From: Alphaproteobacteria bacterium
GTDB lineage: Bacteria > Pseudomonadota > Alphaproteobacteria > UBA8366 > G965603855
NCBI GenBank assembly: GCA_965603855.1
Contig: OZ272519.1
Location: forward strand, 3,957,833 to 4,021,832
DNA length: 64,000 bases
Direction of reading: 5' to 3'
In this document: in pieces, positions 24,625-33,933 of the stretch
Layout of the letters: the number at the start of each line of letters is the position of its first letter
Position numbering within the stretch: position 1 is the first letter of the stretch
Notes under the pieces: model-generated
The model's database searches: none
The model's input: only the letters and a program-made list of their open reading frames with translations
What the model was told of the DNA's origin: nothing
Translations under genes and position numbers: made by a program

Positions 24625-25758
24625 TCAGCCCATGCCCTCCAGGTCGACCTTCAGCGCAAAGAACTTCAACAGGTCCTTCAGGGAAATCAAACCGACCAGC
24701 TGATCGTCGCGCAGCACCATCAACCGGCTGTTGCCCGTCGACTGCATCTTCGACAGAGCCCGGATGGCATCGGCCTCCGGCGCGACCGTGTTGTCCCGGT
24801 CAAGCGGGATCATCACCTCTGCGGCGCGAACCCGCCCCCAGGAGTCGCGCGGCACCGCCGCCACCTGTCGGGTCGTCAGCCCGCCGATCGGCCGCGTGCC
24901 TTCCAACACCGGAAAGAAGTCGTGGTGGTGGACATAGACGTAATCCTCGACGAAACGGTCCAGGGTCAGATCGGGCGACACCGAGATCACCGGTGTCGAC
25001 ATGAACCGTTCCACGGTTTCGCCTTCCAGCGCGCGGCGTGTTGCCAACTGATAGACCGACGCGTTCGCCGCACCGCGCATGAACAGCCCGATCAGGCACC
25101 ACCACAAGCCACCGACCACGTTGCCGCCGACGAAGTTCATGATCCCGACAGCGATCAGCACCAAGCCGAACGTCGAGCCCATCTGCGCGGCCTGCCGCGT
25201 CGCACTGCGATAATCGCCGCGCCAATGCCACAGCGCGGCGCGCAGGGCGCGGCCGCCGTCCAGCGGGAAGGCCGGCACCAGATTGAAGCCGCCCAGGATG
25301 ACGTTGATCAGCGCCAGGTATTCCGCGACGCCGACGATCGTTACGGGAAGCGCGCGCGCCTCCGCCGCGCTGCCGATGGCGTAGAAGGCCGCGGCCAGGA
25401 TGAAACTGGCGATCGGGCCGGCGATCGCCATGAAAAACTCCGCCCGCGGGCCGGGCGGTTCCTCGTCCATCTCCGCAACGCCGCCGAAAATAAACAGCGT
25501 GATCCCCTTGATCGGGATCTGGAAGTGGCGCGCCACCAGCGAATGGGACAGTTCGTGAAAGACGATCGAGAAGGCGAGCCCCAAGAGCCCGACAAACCCC
25601 ATCCACCAATAGGCCGCCTGGGTCAGGCCCTCGTACCGTGACGGGAAATAGCCAACCGCCAGGGACCAGGTGACCAGCACCGCCAACAGCGCCCAGCTTA
25701 TGTCGACATGGACCTTGAAACCGAACAACTCGAACAAGGCCAGGCGTTTACCGAACAT
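24625..25758 (-). CDS. Site-2 protease (M50) family zinc metalloprotease with C-terminal CBS pair
   Basis: 377-aa ORF. HELSHSL (HExxH) lies in a TM helix, with the second motif NLVPAFPLDGGR. Multiple TM helices. The C-terminal region has CBS-like repeats. Confidence 0.85.
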   Translation of the reverse strand: MFGKRLALFELFGFKVHVDISWALLAVLVTWSLAVGYFPSRYEGLTQAAYWWMGFVGLLGLAFSIVFHELSHSLVARHFQIPIKGITLFIFGGVAEMDEEPPGPRAEFFMAIAGPIASFILAAAFYAIGSAAEARALPVTIVGVAEYLALINVILGGFNLVPAFPLDGGRALRAALWHWRGDYRSATRQAAQMGSTFGLVLIAVGIMNFVGGNVVGGLWWCLIGLFMRGAANASVYQLATRRALEGETVERFMSTPVISVSPDLTLDRFVEDYVYVHHHDFFPVLEGTRPIGGLTTRQVAAVPRDSWGRVRAAEVMIPLDRDNTVAPEADAIRALSKMQSTGNSRLMVLRDDQLVGLISLKDLLKFFALKVDLEGMG

Positions 25759-25848
25759 GGCGTCTCCCGGTCAGGCGACGGTCCGACGCGGCCGTCGGTC
25801 CGTATGGACCATCATGCGCGAATAGTTGTCGTCGCGCGAGACCTAGTC

Positions 25849-26337
25849 TCAGGCCCGGCGCCGCGAACGGCGCGATCGCCGCCGCGCGTAATAGACGCCG
25901 TAAAGCCCCCGCCCGCCGCGCATGCCAAAGGTAAAACGATAGACCACCATGCCCGCCAGCATGGCGCCGCAGAAGATCAGCGGGGCCGCGGTGCCGGTGC
26001 CGAGCGCGGCCAAGGCGGTTGCCGGGCTGAACCCGATCAGGCCCCAGCCGGCGCCGAAGATGGCGGCGCCGGCAATCACCCGCCAGTCGATGCGCCGGCG
26101 GCCGGGCAGACGGTACTCAGTGGCAAACAGGGGCACGGACCGCTTCCCGACCAGTGCAAAGGACGGCGTCGCCACCACAAGCGCACCGACCAGCACCAAC
26201 AGAAGCGACGGGTCCCAGCCCCGCGAGACATCCAGGAACGCGACGACCGCGGCCGGATCGATCACGCCGGATAGCGTCAGGCCCGCGCCGAACAAAAGTC
26301 CCGCAAGCGCCGCGACGACGGTTTCGCGCGCGCTCAC
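25849..26337 (-). CDS. YeeE/YedE-family (DUF6691-like) small membrane protein
   Basis: 162-aa ORF with four hydrophobic helices and the glycine-rich blocks GLLFGAGLTLSG and FGAGWGLIGFSP. It overlaps the upstream paralogue by 4 bp. Confidence 0.7.
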   Translation of the reverse strand: MSARETVVAALAGLLFGAGLTLSGVIDPAAVVAFLDVSRGWDPSLLLVLVGALVVATPSFALVGKRSVPLFATEYRLPGRRRIDWRVIAGAAIFGAGWGLIGFSPATALAALGTGTAAPLIFCGAMLAGMVVYRFTFGMRGGRGLYGVYYARRRSRRSRRRA

Positions 26338-26766
26338 GGCGACACCCCCGGAAACACGCGCTCAATGTAGACCGCGGCCACGGCCGACAGCACGAACAGC
26401 GCCGTCGCCACGATCGAACGGCGTGCGAACCGCGCCAGCCCGCAGACCGCGTGGCCGCTGCAACTGCCATCGCCCAGTCGCGCCCCGAAACCGACCGCAA
26501 GGCCCGCGGCGACCAGAGTGGCCGTCGGCGCGTCGACCGTGATTTCGGGGACCGACAGTCCGCCCAGGCGGCACAGAAACGGCGCCGCGATGATGCCGCC
26601 CAGAAACGCCATTCGCGGCCCGGAACCGCTGAGCGGGCCGCGCAGCATGGCGCCGATCACCGTGCTGGTGCTGGCCGCGCGGCCGTTGAAGAACAGCAAC
26701 AGCGCGACCGCGAGACCGATCAAAAGTCCGCCAACGAGAGCCTGCAGGGAGGGAAACAGATCCATG
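26334..26766 (-). CDS. YeeE/YedE-family small membrane protein
   Basis: In-frame part of track ORF 26334-27191 with the ATG at complement 26766 (MDLFPSLQALVGGLLIGL). Contains the GFGARLGDGCSGHAVCG-type block (here GFGARLGDGSCSGHAVCGLAR). Confidence 0.7.
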
Positions 26767-26881
26767 GGACCGACTGATGCGGCGCGCCGGCGCCGCTGGA
26801 ACCCGGCGCCGCGACACGCGGTTTGCTTGGCCCGCAAACCTAAGCGACAACGCCGCGGACTGTCCATGCCCGCGCAGCGGC

Positions 26882-27502
26882 TCAGGTCCAGGCGGCGATC
26901 ACTTCGTCGGCCAGAACCGTTTCGATCTGCATGTCGAAGCGCGCGACAACGGAATTCAGGCTGGCGGCATGGCCTTCCGGCGAGGAACTGGTCACGGCAT
27001 CGACGACCAGGATGACCCGCAGACCGCGGTCGACCGCCGACAAGGCGGTCGCCAGGACGCAGACGTCGGTTTCCACCCCCGTCAGGATCACAGTATCGCA
27101 TCGCCGCTCCTGGAGATGCCGGTTGAAGGCGGCACTTTCGAAGGCGGAATGGGTTGTCTTGTCGATCACCACGGCGGGCGGGCAGCACCACTCCAGCGGT
27201 TCCACGATGTCCAGCATCTCCGCGCCCATCGCCTCGGTCGTGTAGGCGCGCCAGCGTTCGTAATAGGCCTGCCAGCGGCCGGTCGCCGCCTCCGGCCGCG
27301 GCGGCGTCACGAAACGGGTGAAAACCGTGTGTTCCGGCTGCGCGTTGGCCAGCCTGCCGATTGCCGGGACGATCTCCATCAGGCCCGGCGTGAACCAGTC
27401 GCCGGGTGCTGCGAACAGCCTTTGCATGTCCACCGACACGTGCAGCGCCCGATTTCCAGGCGCCCCGAACATCAGTTTGGTTATCCGAATGTTAACCGAC
27501 AT
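26882..27502 (-). CDS. Isochorismatase-family cysteine hydrolase
   Basis: Track ORF 26882-27523 starts at a GTG; an ATG lies at 27502. ALHVSVDMQRLF (substrate-pocket Asp region) and TVILTGVETDVCVLATA (catalytic Cys block) are present. Confidence 0.75.
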   Translation of the reverse strand: MSVNIRITKLMFGAPGNRALHVSVDMQRLFAAPGDWFTPGLMEIVPAIGRLANAQPEHTVFTRFVTPPRPEAATGRWQAYYERWRAYTTEAMGAEMLDIVEPLEWCCPPAVVIDKTTHSAFESAAFNRHLQERRCDTVILTGVETDVCVLATALSAVDRGLRVILVVDAVTSSSPEGHAASLNSVVARFDMQIETVLADEVIAAWT

Positions 27503-27591
27503 GTTGGCAGGCTGCCCCGGCACGCGGCGCCAGGCAAGGCCTCTTCGCTTGCAACTGCCGCCGTCTCCGATAGGCTAGACGTTCGATCGAC

Positions 27592-28821
27592 ATGAAGCAG
27601 CGTCAAGATACCGATCCGGTCATGGGGCCCCTCGCCGGCATCACCGTGATCGATCTGACCCGGGTGGTGGGCGGTCCCTACTGCACCATGCTGTTGCACG
27701 ACCTTGGCGCCCGCGTCATCAAGGTCGAGGCGCCCGAAGGCGACGACGGCCGCGAAATCGGCCCGTTCGTCGGCGAACGGTCGGCCTCGTTCACCGCGCT
27801 GAACCGCGGCAAGCAATCGATCGCGCTCAACCTCAAGGACAAGGCCGACCGAAAGATCATGGACCGGCTTTTGGCTAACGCCGATGTCCTGGTCGAGAAC
27901 TTCCGGCCCGGCACCATGGAACGCCTGGGCTATGGCTGGGAGGAGATCCACGAACAGTATCCGCGCCTGGTTTACGCCGCGATGTCGGGTTTCGGGCAAA
28001 GCGGCCCCTATCGCGGAAAGCCCGCCTACGACATGGTCGTCCAGGGCATGGGCGGAATCATGAGCGTCACCGGCGAACCCGGTTCGCCGCCCAGCATGGT
28101 CGGTGCGTCGATCGGCGACATCACCGCCGGCCTGTTCACCGCGATCGGGATCAACGCGGCGCTGTTCCACCGCGAACTGACCGGCAAGGGCATGATGATC
28201 GACGTCGGCATGATGGACTGCCAGGTGGCGATCATGGAGAACGCCATCGCCCAGTTCCTGGCCACCGGCTCGGCGCCCGGACCGGCTGGCAACCGGCATC
28301 CGTCGATCACGCCCTTCGAGTCCTACCGCACGCAGGACGGCCATGTGATCGTCGCCGCCGGCAACGACAACCTGTTCGTCAAGCTGTGTGCCGCAATCGG
28401 TCGGGTCGATCTTGCCGAGGACGAACGTTTCGAGACCAACGCCGGGCGGACGCAGCATGCCGACCTTCTGAAGACCGAGATCGAGGCGGCGCTGGCCGGC
28501 AAAGACACCGCCCATTGGCTGGAGGTGTTCGAGGCGGTCGGCGTGCCGTGCGGACCGATCAACGACATCGCCCAGGCGCTGGCCGATCCGCAGGTCGCGG
28601 CACGCAGCATGCTGTTGCCGGTCAACGACCCCGAGACGCCGGACATGAAGGTCGCGGGCAACCCCGTCAAGATGTCGGCATTCCCGGACCTGCGGGCGCA
28701 TCGGCCCGCGCCGAAACTGGACGGCGACCGGGAGAAAATCCTGGAATCGCTGGAGGACGATGTCGACGGACCGATCGACATCTCTTCCGAGATCATCCTC
28801 CGCCAAGAAAAGCGGCCTTGA
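27592..28821 (+). CDS. Family III CoA-transferase (CaiB/BaiF type)
   Basis: 409-aa ORF. N-terminus GPLAGITVIDLTRVVGGPYCTMLLHDLGARVIKVE and the block FRPGTMERLG are typical. The 3' end overlaps convergent livF by 29 bp. Confidence 0.9.
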   Translation: MKQRQDTDPVMGPLAGITVIDLTRVVGGPYCTMLLHDLGARVIKVEAPEGDDGREIGPFVGERSASFTALNRGKQSIALNLKDKADRKIMDRLLANADVLVENFRPGTMERLGYGWEEIHEQYPRLVYAAMSGFGQSGPYRGKPAYDMVVQGMGGIMSVTGEPGSPPSMVGASIGDITAGLFTAIGINAALFHRELTGKGMMIDVGMMDCQVAIMENAIAQFLATGSAPGPAGNRHPSITPFESYRTQDGHVIVAAGNDNLFVKLCAAIGRVDLAEDERFETNAGRTQHADLLKTEIEAALAGKDTAHWLEVFEAVGVPCGPINDIAQALADPQVAARSMLLPVNDPETPDMKVAGNPVKMSAFPDLRAHRPAPKLDGDREKILESLEDDVDGPIDISSEIILRQEKRP

Positions 28822-29503
28822 CCGCTGCGCTGGTCGCCAGCTCGGCGCTGGGACCGGCCGCGACCACCCGACCGAGCTGAAGCACCAGGCTGTCGTCGCT
28901 GTGTTCCAGCGCCTGCGCCGCGTTCTGCTCGGCCAACAGGATCGCGGTGCCGCCATCGGCGATCCGCCGCACCGTCGAAAACAGCTGTCGGGTCAGTGCC
29001 GGGGCAAGCCCGAGGCTGGGTTCGTCCAACAGCAACAGCCGCGGACGCCCCATCAGGGCACGGCCGATCGCCAGCATCTGCTGTTGCCCGCCCGACAGTG
29101 TCCATGCCCGCATGTCGGCGCGCTCGCCCAACACAGGGAACAGCGCGGCCACCTCTTCCAGCCGCGCGCGGCGTTCCGCTGCGTCGCCCGTGGCGGCGAC
29201 CTCCAGGTTCTCGCGCACCGTCATGCCGGGAAAGACCCGGCGCCCTTCCGGGCAATACCCGATCCCCAGCCTGGCGCGGCGCTCGGCGCCCAGCCGCCCG
29301 ACATCGGCACCCGCCACCGAGATCGCGCCCGATTCGTGCCTTTCCAGTCCCATCACCGTCCGGATCAGCGTGGTCTTTCCGGCCCCGTTCGCGCCAAGCA
29401 CGGCCGTGATGCGGCCGGGGCCCAGCGCAAGAGAGACGCCGGACAGCGCCGCCTCGCCGGCGAAACGCACGGCCAGGTCCCGGATTTCCAGGATCGCGGT
29501 CAT
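28793..29503 (-). CDS. livF: Branched-chain amino-acid-type ABC transporter ATP-binding protein (LivF-like)
   Basis: 236-aa ORF. Walker A GANGAGKTT, signature LSGGQQQML, Walker B LLLLDEPSLGLAP. Confidence 0.9.
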   Translation of the reverse strand: MTAILEIRDLAVRFAGEAALSGVSLALGPGRITAVLGANGAGKTTLIRTVMGLERHESGAISVAGADVGRLGAERRARLGIGYCPEGRRVFPGMTVRENLEVAATGDAAERRARLEEVAALFPVLGERADMRAWTLSGGQQQMLAIGRALMGRPRLLLLDEPSLGLAPALTRQLFSTVRRIADGGTAILLAEQNAAQALEHSDDSLVLQLGRVVAAGPSAELATSAAVKAAFLGGG

Positions 29504-31269
29504 GCGCCTGCCTCCGCAGGCGCGCCGAGATAGGCCTCGACCACGCGCGCGTCCTGACGGACCGCATCCGGCGTCCCCGCTGCAATCAGTCTGCCGGCAT
29601 CCAGGCAGACAAGCCTGTCGGCCAAAGGCAGAAGGAAGGGCATGTTGTGTTCGACGATCAGGACCGCGGCTCCCGCCTGTGCCAGCGCCCGGATCCGGTC
29701 CGCCAGCGCGGCCTGTTCGGCAGCCGACAGCCCGGCTGCCGGCTCGTCCAGCAACAACAGGATCGGCTGTACGGCCAGCGCGCGGGCCAGGTCGATCTGT
29801 CGTCGGGCGCCGTGCGGCAGACCGGCGGCGGGCGCGGCGGCAAGATCCGCGAGTCCCATATCCTGAAGCACCGACGCTGCCTCGGCCTCGGCCCGGCGCA
29901 AAGCCCGCGTACCGCCGATCAGGGCGGAGCCGAAGCCGTCACCGGCACAGCGCGCCGTCGCGACGCAGTCCAGCACCGACAGCGAGGGCAGCATCGGCGC
30001 GGCCTGGTAGGTGCGCGCAACGCCGACGCGCGCCACCGACACCTGCCGGGCACCGGTGATGTCCTGGCCCGCGCAGGCAACGCGGCCGCGGTCCGGCCGT
30101 TCGACCCCCGTGACCAGGTTGACCAGCGTGGTCTTGCCCGACCCGTTGGGCCCGATCAGCCCGACGATCTCGCCGGCCGCCACCGACAGCGACACGCCGT
30201 CCACCGCGACCAGGCCGCCGAAGGACTTGGCCAGATCTTCGACCTGCAGGACGGGGGTTCCGGGCGCCGGGAACCGCCGCGGTTCCAGCGGCCGCGGGGC
30301 CGGCACCCCGGACGGGGGCTCGGGCCACACCCGCCAGCGCAGCCACTCCAGACGGCCGAGGATGCCGTCCGGCGCGACCACGATCATCGCCAGCAGGACG
30401 GCGCCGTAGGCCAACAGGTAGGTCCCCTCCAAGAAGCGCAGCCATTCGGGCAGGTGGATCAACAGAACCGCGCCGATGATCGCCCCGGCGACGCGGGTCC
30501 GGCCGCCCACCACGGCAATCGTCAAGCAGACGACCATGACGGGGAATTCCAGAGCCTCGGGCGAAATCACGCCGATCGTGTGCACATAAAGCGCGCCCGC
30601 AACGCCGCCATAGGCGGCGCTCAGCAGAAACGCCGCCAGGCGCAGGCGCGCCGTGTCGACGCCCAGCGAGCGCGCACCGATCTCGTCGGTGCGCATCTGC
30701 GCAAACACAAGGCGCAGGTGTCCGCGCGTGACCTGCCATGCCAACACCGCCGCAAGCGCGGTCACCGCCCAGACGAAAGCCATGACCGGCAGGCCGCGCC
30801 CCAGGGCGCTTCCGAACAGGACGATGCCGGGGACACCCGGGATGCCATTGGCGCCGCCGGTCACCGTCTCCCAGTTGACCGCGACCAACAGCACCACCTG
30901 TGCGATTCCCAGCGTGGCCAGCGCCAGGTAGTGCGAGGCCAACCGCAACACCGGCGCCGCGATCACCGCGGCAACCGCCACCGGTACGCACAACGAAAGT
31001 GGGAAGGTGGCGGCGAACGGCAGTCCCAAGCGGGCGCCCAGGATGCCGGTGGTATAGGCGCCGAGACCGAAGAACGCGCCCTGCGCCAGCGACAGCGCAC
31101 CGGCAAGACCGAAGATGAAGTGGTAGCCGATCGCCAACAGCGCATAGATGCCGGCCACGGTCAGGACGCGCTGTTCGTAGGCGTTCGCGAGAAAAACGCC
31201 GTACAGCGCCAGTCCCGTCGCCGCCGCGGCGAAAGGCAGGTTGAGACCCCGTGCCGAGAACGCCCGCAT
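29500..31269 (-). CDS. Fused LivM-like permease / LivG-like ATP-binding protein
   Basis: In-frame part of track ORF 29500-32280 with the ATG at complement 31269 (MRAFSARGL). About 330 aa of permease helices are followed by GPNGSGKTTL, LPHGARRQIDLARAL and LLLLDEPAAGL in one frame with no stop. The upstream part of the track ORF overlaps livH in another frame and was rejected. Confidence 0.85.
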   Translation of the reverse strand: MRAFSARGLNLPFAAAATGLALYGVFLANAYEQRVLTVAGIYALLAIGYHFIFGLAGALSLAQGAFFGLGAYTTGILGARLGLPFAATFPLSLCVPVAVAAVIAAPVLRLASHYLALATLGIAQVVLLVAVNWETVTGGANGIPGVPGIVLFGSALGRGLPVMAFVWAVTALAAVLAWQVTRGHLRLVFAQMRTDEIGARSLGVDTARLRLAAFLLSAAYGGVAGALYVHTIGVISPEALEFPVMVVCLTIAVVGGRTRVAGAIIGAVLLIHLPEWLRFLEGTYLLAYGAVLLAMIVVAPDGILGRLEWLRWRVWPEPPSGVPAPRPLEPRRFPAPGTPVLQVEDLAKSFGGLVAVDGVSLSVAAGEIVGLIGPNGSGKTTLVNLVTGVERPDRGRVACAGQDITGARQVSVARVGVARTYQAAPMLPSLSVLDCVATARCAGDGFGSALIGGTRALRRAEAEAASVLQDMGLADLAAAPAAGLPHGARRQIDLARALAVQPILLLLDEPAAGLSAAEQAALADRIRALAQAGAAVLIVEHNMPFLLPLADRLVCLDAGRLIAAGTPDAVRQDARVVEAYLGAPAEAGA

Positions 31270-31280
31270 CGCCCTTCCCG

Positions 31281-32177
31281 CTAGACCCGCCGGCGGGCGG
31301 CCTCGCCGAACAGACCCTGGGGCCTGAAGAACAGGATCAGCAACAGCGCGCCGTACAGGCAGGCGATCGCCACCGTGTGGCTGAGATAGGCGGAGACCAG
31401 AACCTCGAACAGGGCGATAAGAAAGGCGCCCGCGACCGCGCCGGGCACCGAGCCCCAGCCGCCGATCACGACGGCGATGTAGGCCGCGATGATATAGGCG
31501 GTGCCGTCGGTGGGCGTAATGAAGAACCTGTTGGCCAACAACAGGCCCGCCGCACCGGCCAGCGCCGCGCCGAGCGCGAAGGTTGCGGCGATCATGCGAT
31601 TGACCGAGATGCCCAGGGCGCGCGCCATCTCCGGGTCCTGGGCGGTGGCGCGCAGCCGGCGGCCGAACTGGGTCCTCTGAAACAAGGCCTGCTGGCCGAG
31701 GATCAGAACCGCCGCCGCCGCAACGATGGCAAGCTGCTGCTTCTCCACGACCAGGCCGCCGATCTCCCAGAAACCGCCCGAGATCAGCGGCGGCGTTGCC
31801 TCGGGCTCGGGCCCGAAGCCCGCGTTGACGCCGTTCTGCAACATGATGCCGACCGCGATCGTCGAGATGAACACGGCGACCGGCGGTCGATCTTTCAACG
31901 GAAAGTAGGCCAACAGCGACAGGACCAGACCGAGCCCGACCATGCAGACAAGGACCAAAGGCAACAGGACGATGCCCGGCACCGGCGCCACGGTCGCAAG
32001 CGCGACGCCGGCATAGCCGCCGGCCATCACCATGTCGCCCTGGGCGAAGTTCACGGCGCCGGTGGCGTTCAAAATGAGAACGAAACCCAGCGCGACCAGC
32101 GCATAGGCCGCGCCCAGCGCGACGCCGTTGATCAAGAGCTGTAGAACCGTCACCGGCCTTTCCGTCCGTGCTTGCAT
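31281..32177 (-). CDS. livH: Branched-chain amino-acid-type ABC transporter permease (LivH-like)
   Basis: 298-aa ORF. N-terminus LQLLINGVALGAAYALVALGFVLILNATGAVNFAQGD is typical of LivH. Confidence 0.9.
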   Translation of the reverse strand: MQARTERPVTVLQLLINGVALGAAYALVALGFVLILNATGAVNFAQGDMVMAGGYAGVALATVAPVPGIVLLPLVLVCMVGLGLVLSLLAYFPLKDRPPVAVFISTIAVGIMLQNGVNAGFGPEPEATPPLISGGFWEIGGLVVEKQQLAIVAAAAVLILGQQALFQRTQFGRRLRATAQDPEMARALGISVNRMIAATFALGAALAGAAGLLLANRFFITPTDGTAYIIAAYIAVVIGGWGSVPGAVAGAFLIALFEVLVSAYLSHTVAIACLYGALLLILFFRPQGLFGEAARRRV

Positions 32178-32210
32178 CCCGCCGCACCGACCGCGAACGG
32201 GACGGGCAGC

Positions 32211-33344
32211 TTACAAAACGCCGGTCACGTTGTCGTAGCGTTTGACGATGCGCGGGACCCGCGACGTGCCGTCGTAGCACATGATCACGGCGGAATGGGC
32301 CATGTTGCCGGTGCCGTCGGACTTGTATGTCATCGCGAGGCCTTCATAGGCGTTGGCCGAAAGCCAGTCGGCCACGGCCTTGGGGCTGCGGGCGCCCTGC
32401 CGCACCGCCTGCAGCGTCATCATCACGCCGTCATACTGGCCCAGCGCGAAGGCGTCGGGCGCGGTTCCGTGCGTCGCGCGATAGGTTTCGCTCCAGGCCT
32501 CCAGCGCGGCGCTGCCGCCTGAGACGGGCGACGATGCGCTTTCGGCGCAGACGTCTTTCAGCTCGCCGGGTTCCAGGCGCGCCGCCGTCGCCGGCTGGTG
32601 CATGGCCGAGCCCGCGACAATCGGCAGTTCCAGCTTCATCGCCGCCGCGGCCCTGACGATCAGCGCCGTCGACGGCGCATGCAGATGCAGCAACAGGGCA
32701 TCCGCGCCGGACGCGCGGATCTTGGCCAGCACGGGCGTCATGTCCTTGATCCGCGTGTCCAGTCCCTCGTCCAGCACCGGCGCAACGCCCAGACGCTCCA
32801 GGTTGGCCAGTATGTGCTGGCGGCCGGACTGACCGTAGGCCGAGGTCTGGTAGACGATGGCGGGCTTTTTCGCCCCCAGCACCGAGACCGCATAGTCCAC
32901 GTGGGCCACCTTCGTGACCGCATCGCCCGGGAAGAAGCGGAACACCCACGGACTGCCCAGCTCGGTGATCTTGGCGGTTCCAGAAACGGTGATCAGCGGC
33001 ACACCGTAGTCGTTCGCGACCGGGATCATCGCCAGCATCTGCGTGCCCAGCATGCTGGCGGCCACCGCGGTCGCATTGCCGTCGGCCAGCGCGCGTTCCA
33101 GCGCGTTGACCGCGATTTCGGGAGACGTTGCCGTATCGGCGACGTCATAGGAAACCGACAGGCCGGCCGGTGCGTTTTCCAACGCCAAGACCGCGCCGTT
33201 CCGCTGGCTGGTTCCTTCCAGCGACAGAAAGCCGGTGATCGGGACCAGGACGGGGATCTTGGCGTCTTCCGCCTGTGCGCCGGCCACCGCCGACAGGATC
33301 GAAAGCGCCGGCAACAGCCGGACCAGTCCTTTCAGCGTCTGCAT
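32211..33344 (-). CDS. ABC transporter substrate-binding protein (Leu/Ile/Val-binding-protein family)
   Basis: Track ORF 32211-33533. The ATG at complement 33344 gives the signal peptide MQTLKGLVRLLPALSILSAVAGAQAEDAKIPVLVPITG. Type I periplasmic binding fold. Confidence 0.85.
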   Translation of the reverse strand: MQTLKGLVRLLPALSILSAVAGAQAEDAKIPVLVPITGFLSLEGTSQRNGAVLALENAPAGLSVSYDVADTATSPEIAVNALERALADGNATAVAASMLGTQMLAMIPVANDYGVPLITVSGTAKITELGSPWVFRFFPGDAVTKVAHVDYAVSVLGAKKPAIVYQTSAYGQSGRQHILANLERLGVAPVLDEGLDTRIKDMTPVLAKIRASGADALLLHLHAPSTALIVRAAAAMKLELPIVAGSAMHQPATAARLEPGELKDVCAESASSPVSGGSAALEAWSETYRATHGTAPDAFALGQYDGVMMTLQAVRQGARSPKAVADWLSANAYEGLAMTYKSDGTGNMAHSAVIMCYDGTSRVPRIVKRYDNVTGVL

Positions 33345-33457
33345 CGGACCGCGGGTCGCCTCCTGTTCTTCGTGTTTGCCCACGCGGATCGGGTGGCCGA
33401 TGTAACACGGGCCAACGCACGGGGTGAAGGCAATTCCAGACCGCGGAAACGCGGGCT

Positions 33458-33823
33458 CTACAGGGACAGGGCCTGGCGCACGCTGACGAAACGGTACTGG
33501 TTGTCCACCGTGAAATAAACGTCGACCAGCCACACGCGATAAAAGAAACCGTGGCGGACGCGGTAACGACAGCGGAAGAACTTGAACTCGACGTCGGGCA
33601 CGTCGCAGGGCGCGCCGCGCACCGCCATCCAGTCGCGGATTTCGTTGACGTCGGACCCCTTCTTGAGCACCGCCATCAGATCGTCCTCAAGCAAGTCGGG
33701 TCGGTCGTTGCGCAGGAACGGGTTGTCCAGGGGGTCGGTGATGACGGCCTCGGGCTGAATGCCGCAGCCACCCAGCAACACGAGCGCGGTGATCAGCGCA
33801 AACAGGGGCCTGAGACGGGTCAT
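33458..33823 (-). CDS. Hypothetical lipoprotein
   Basis: In-frame part of track ORF 33458-33913. The ATG at 33823 gives MTRLRPLFALITALVLLGGC (lipobox LLGGC). I recognise no family. Confidence 0.55.
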   Translation of the reverse strand: MTRLRPLFALITALVLLGGCGIQPEAVITDPLDNPFLRNDRPDLLEDDLMAVLKKGSDVNEIRDWMAVRGAPCDVPDVEFKFFRCRYRVRHGFFYRVWLVDVYFTVDNQYRFVSVRQALSL

Positions 33824-33933
33824 GCGGCGTTTATATCCCGCCCCACGGCGCCGGCCAAACGCCATCCGGCTTGACCCCGCGCCCGCGCCGGAACCAGGAT
33901 CGCGTCGGGACACGACATCGGGAGGACAGCGTC

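Noticed and set aside
24625-25758. S2P/CBS protease as a dedicated component of the EF-hand / ECF module
   Set aside because: It is convergent, not co-transcribed, with the sigma/anti-sigma genes, and this protease type is widespread as a stand-alone gene. I kept it only as a caveat inside the ECF finding.
31270-32280. N-terminal 337 codons of the 926-aa track ORF 29500-32280
   Set aside because: It overlaps the clearly LivH-like gene (31281-32177) in another frame and has no membrane-protein character. The real start is the ATG at complement 31269.
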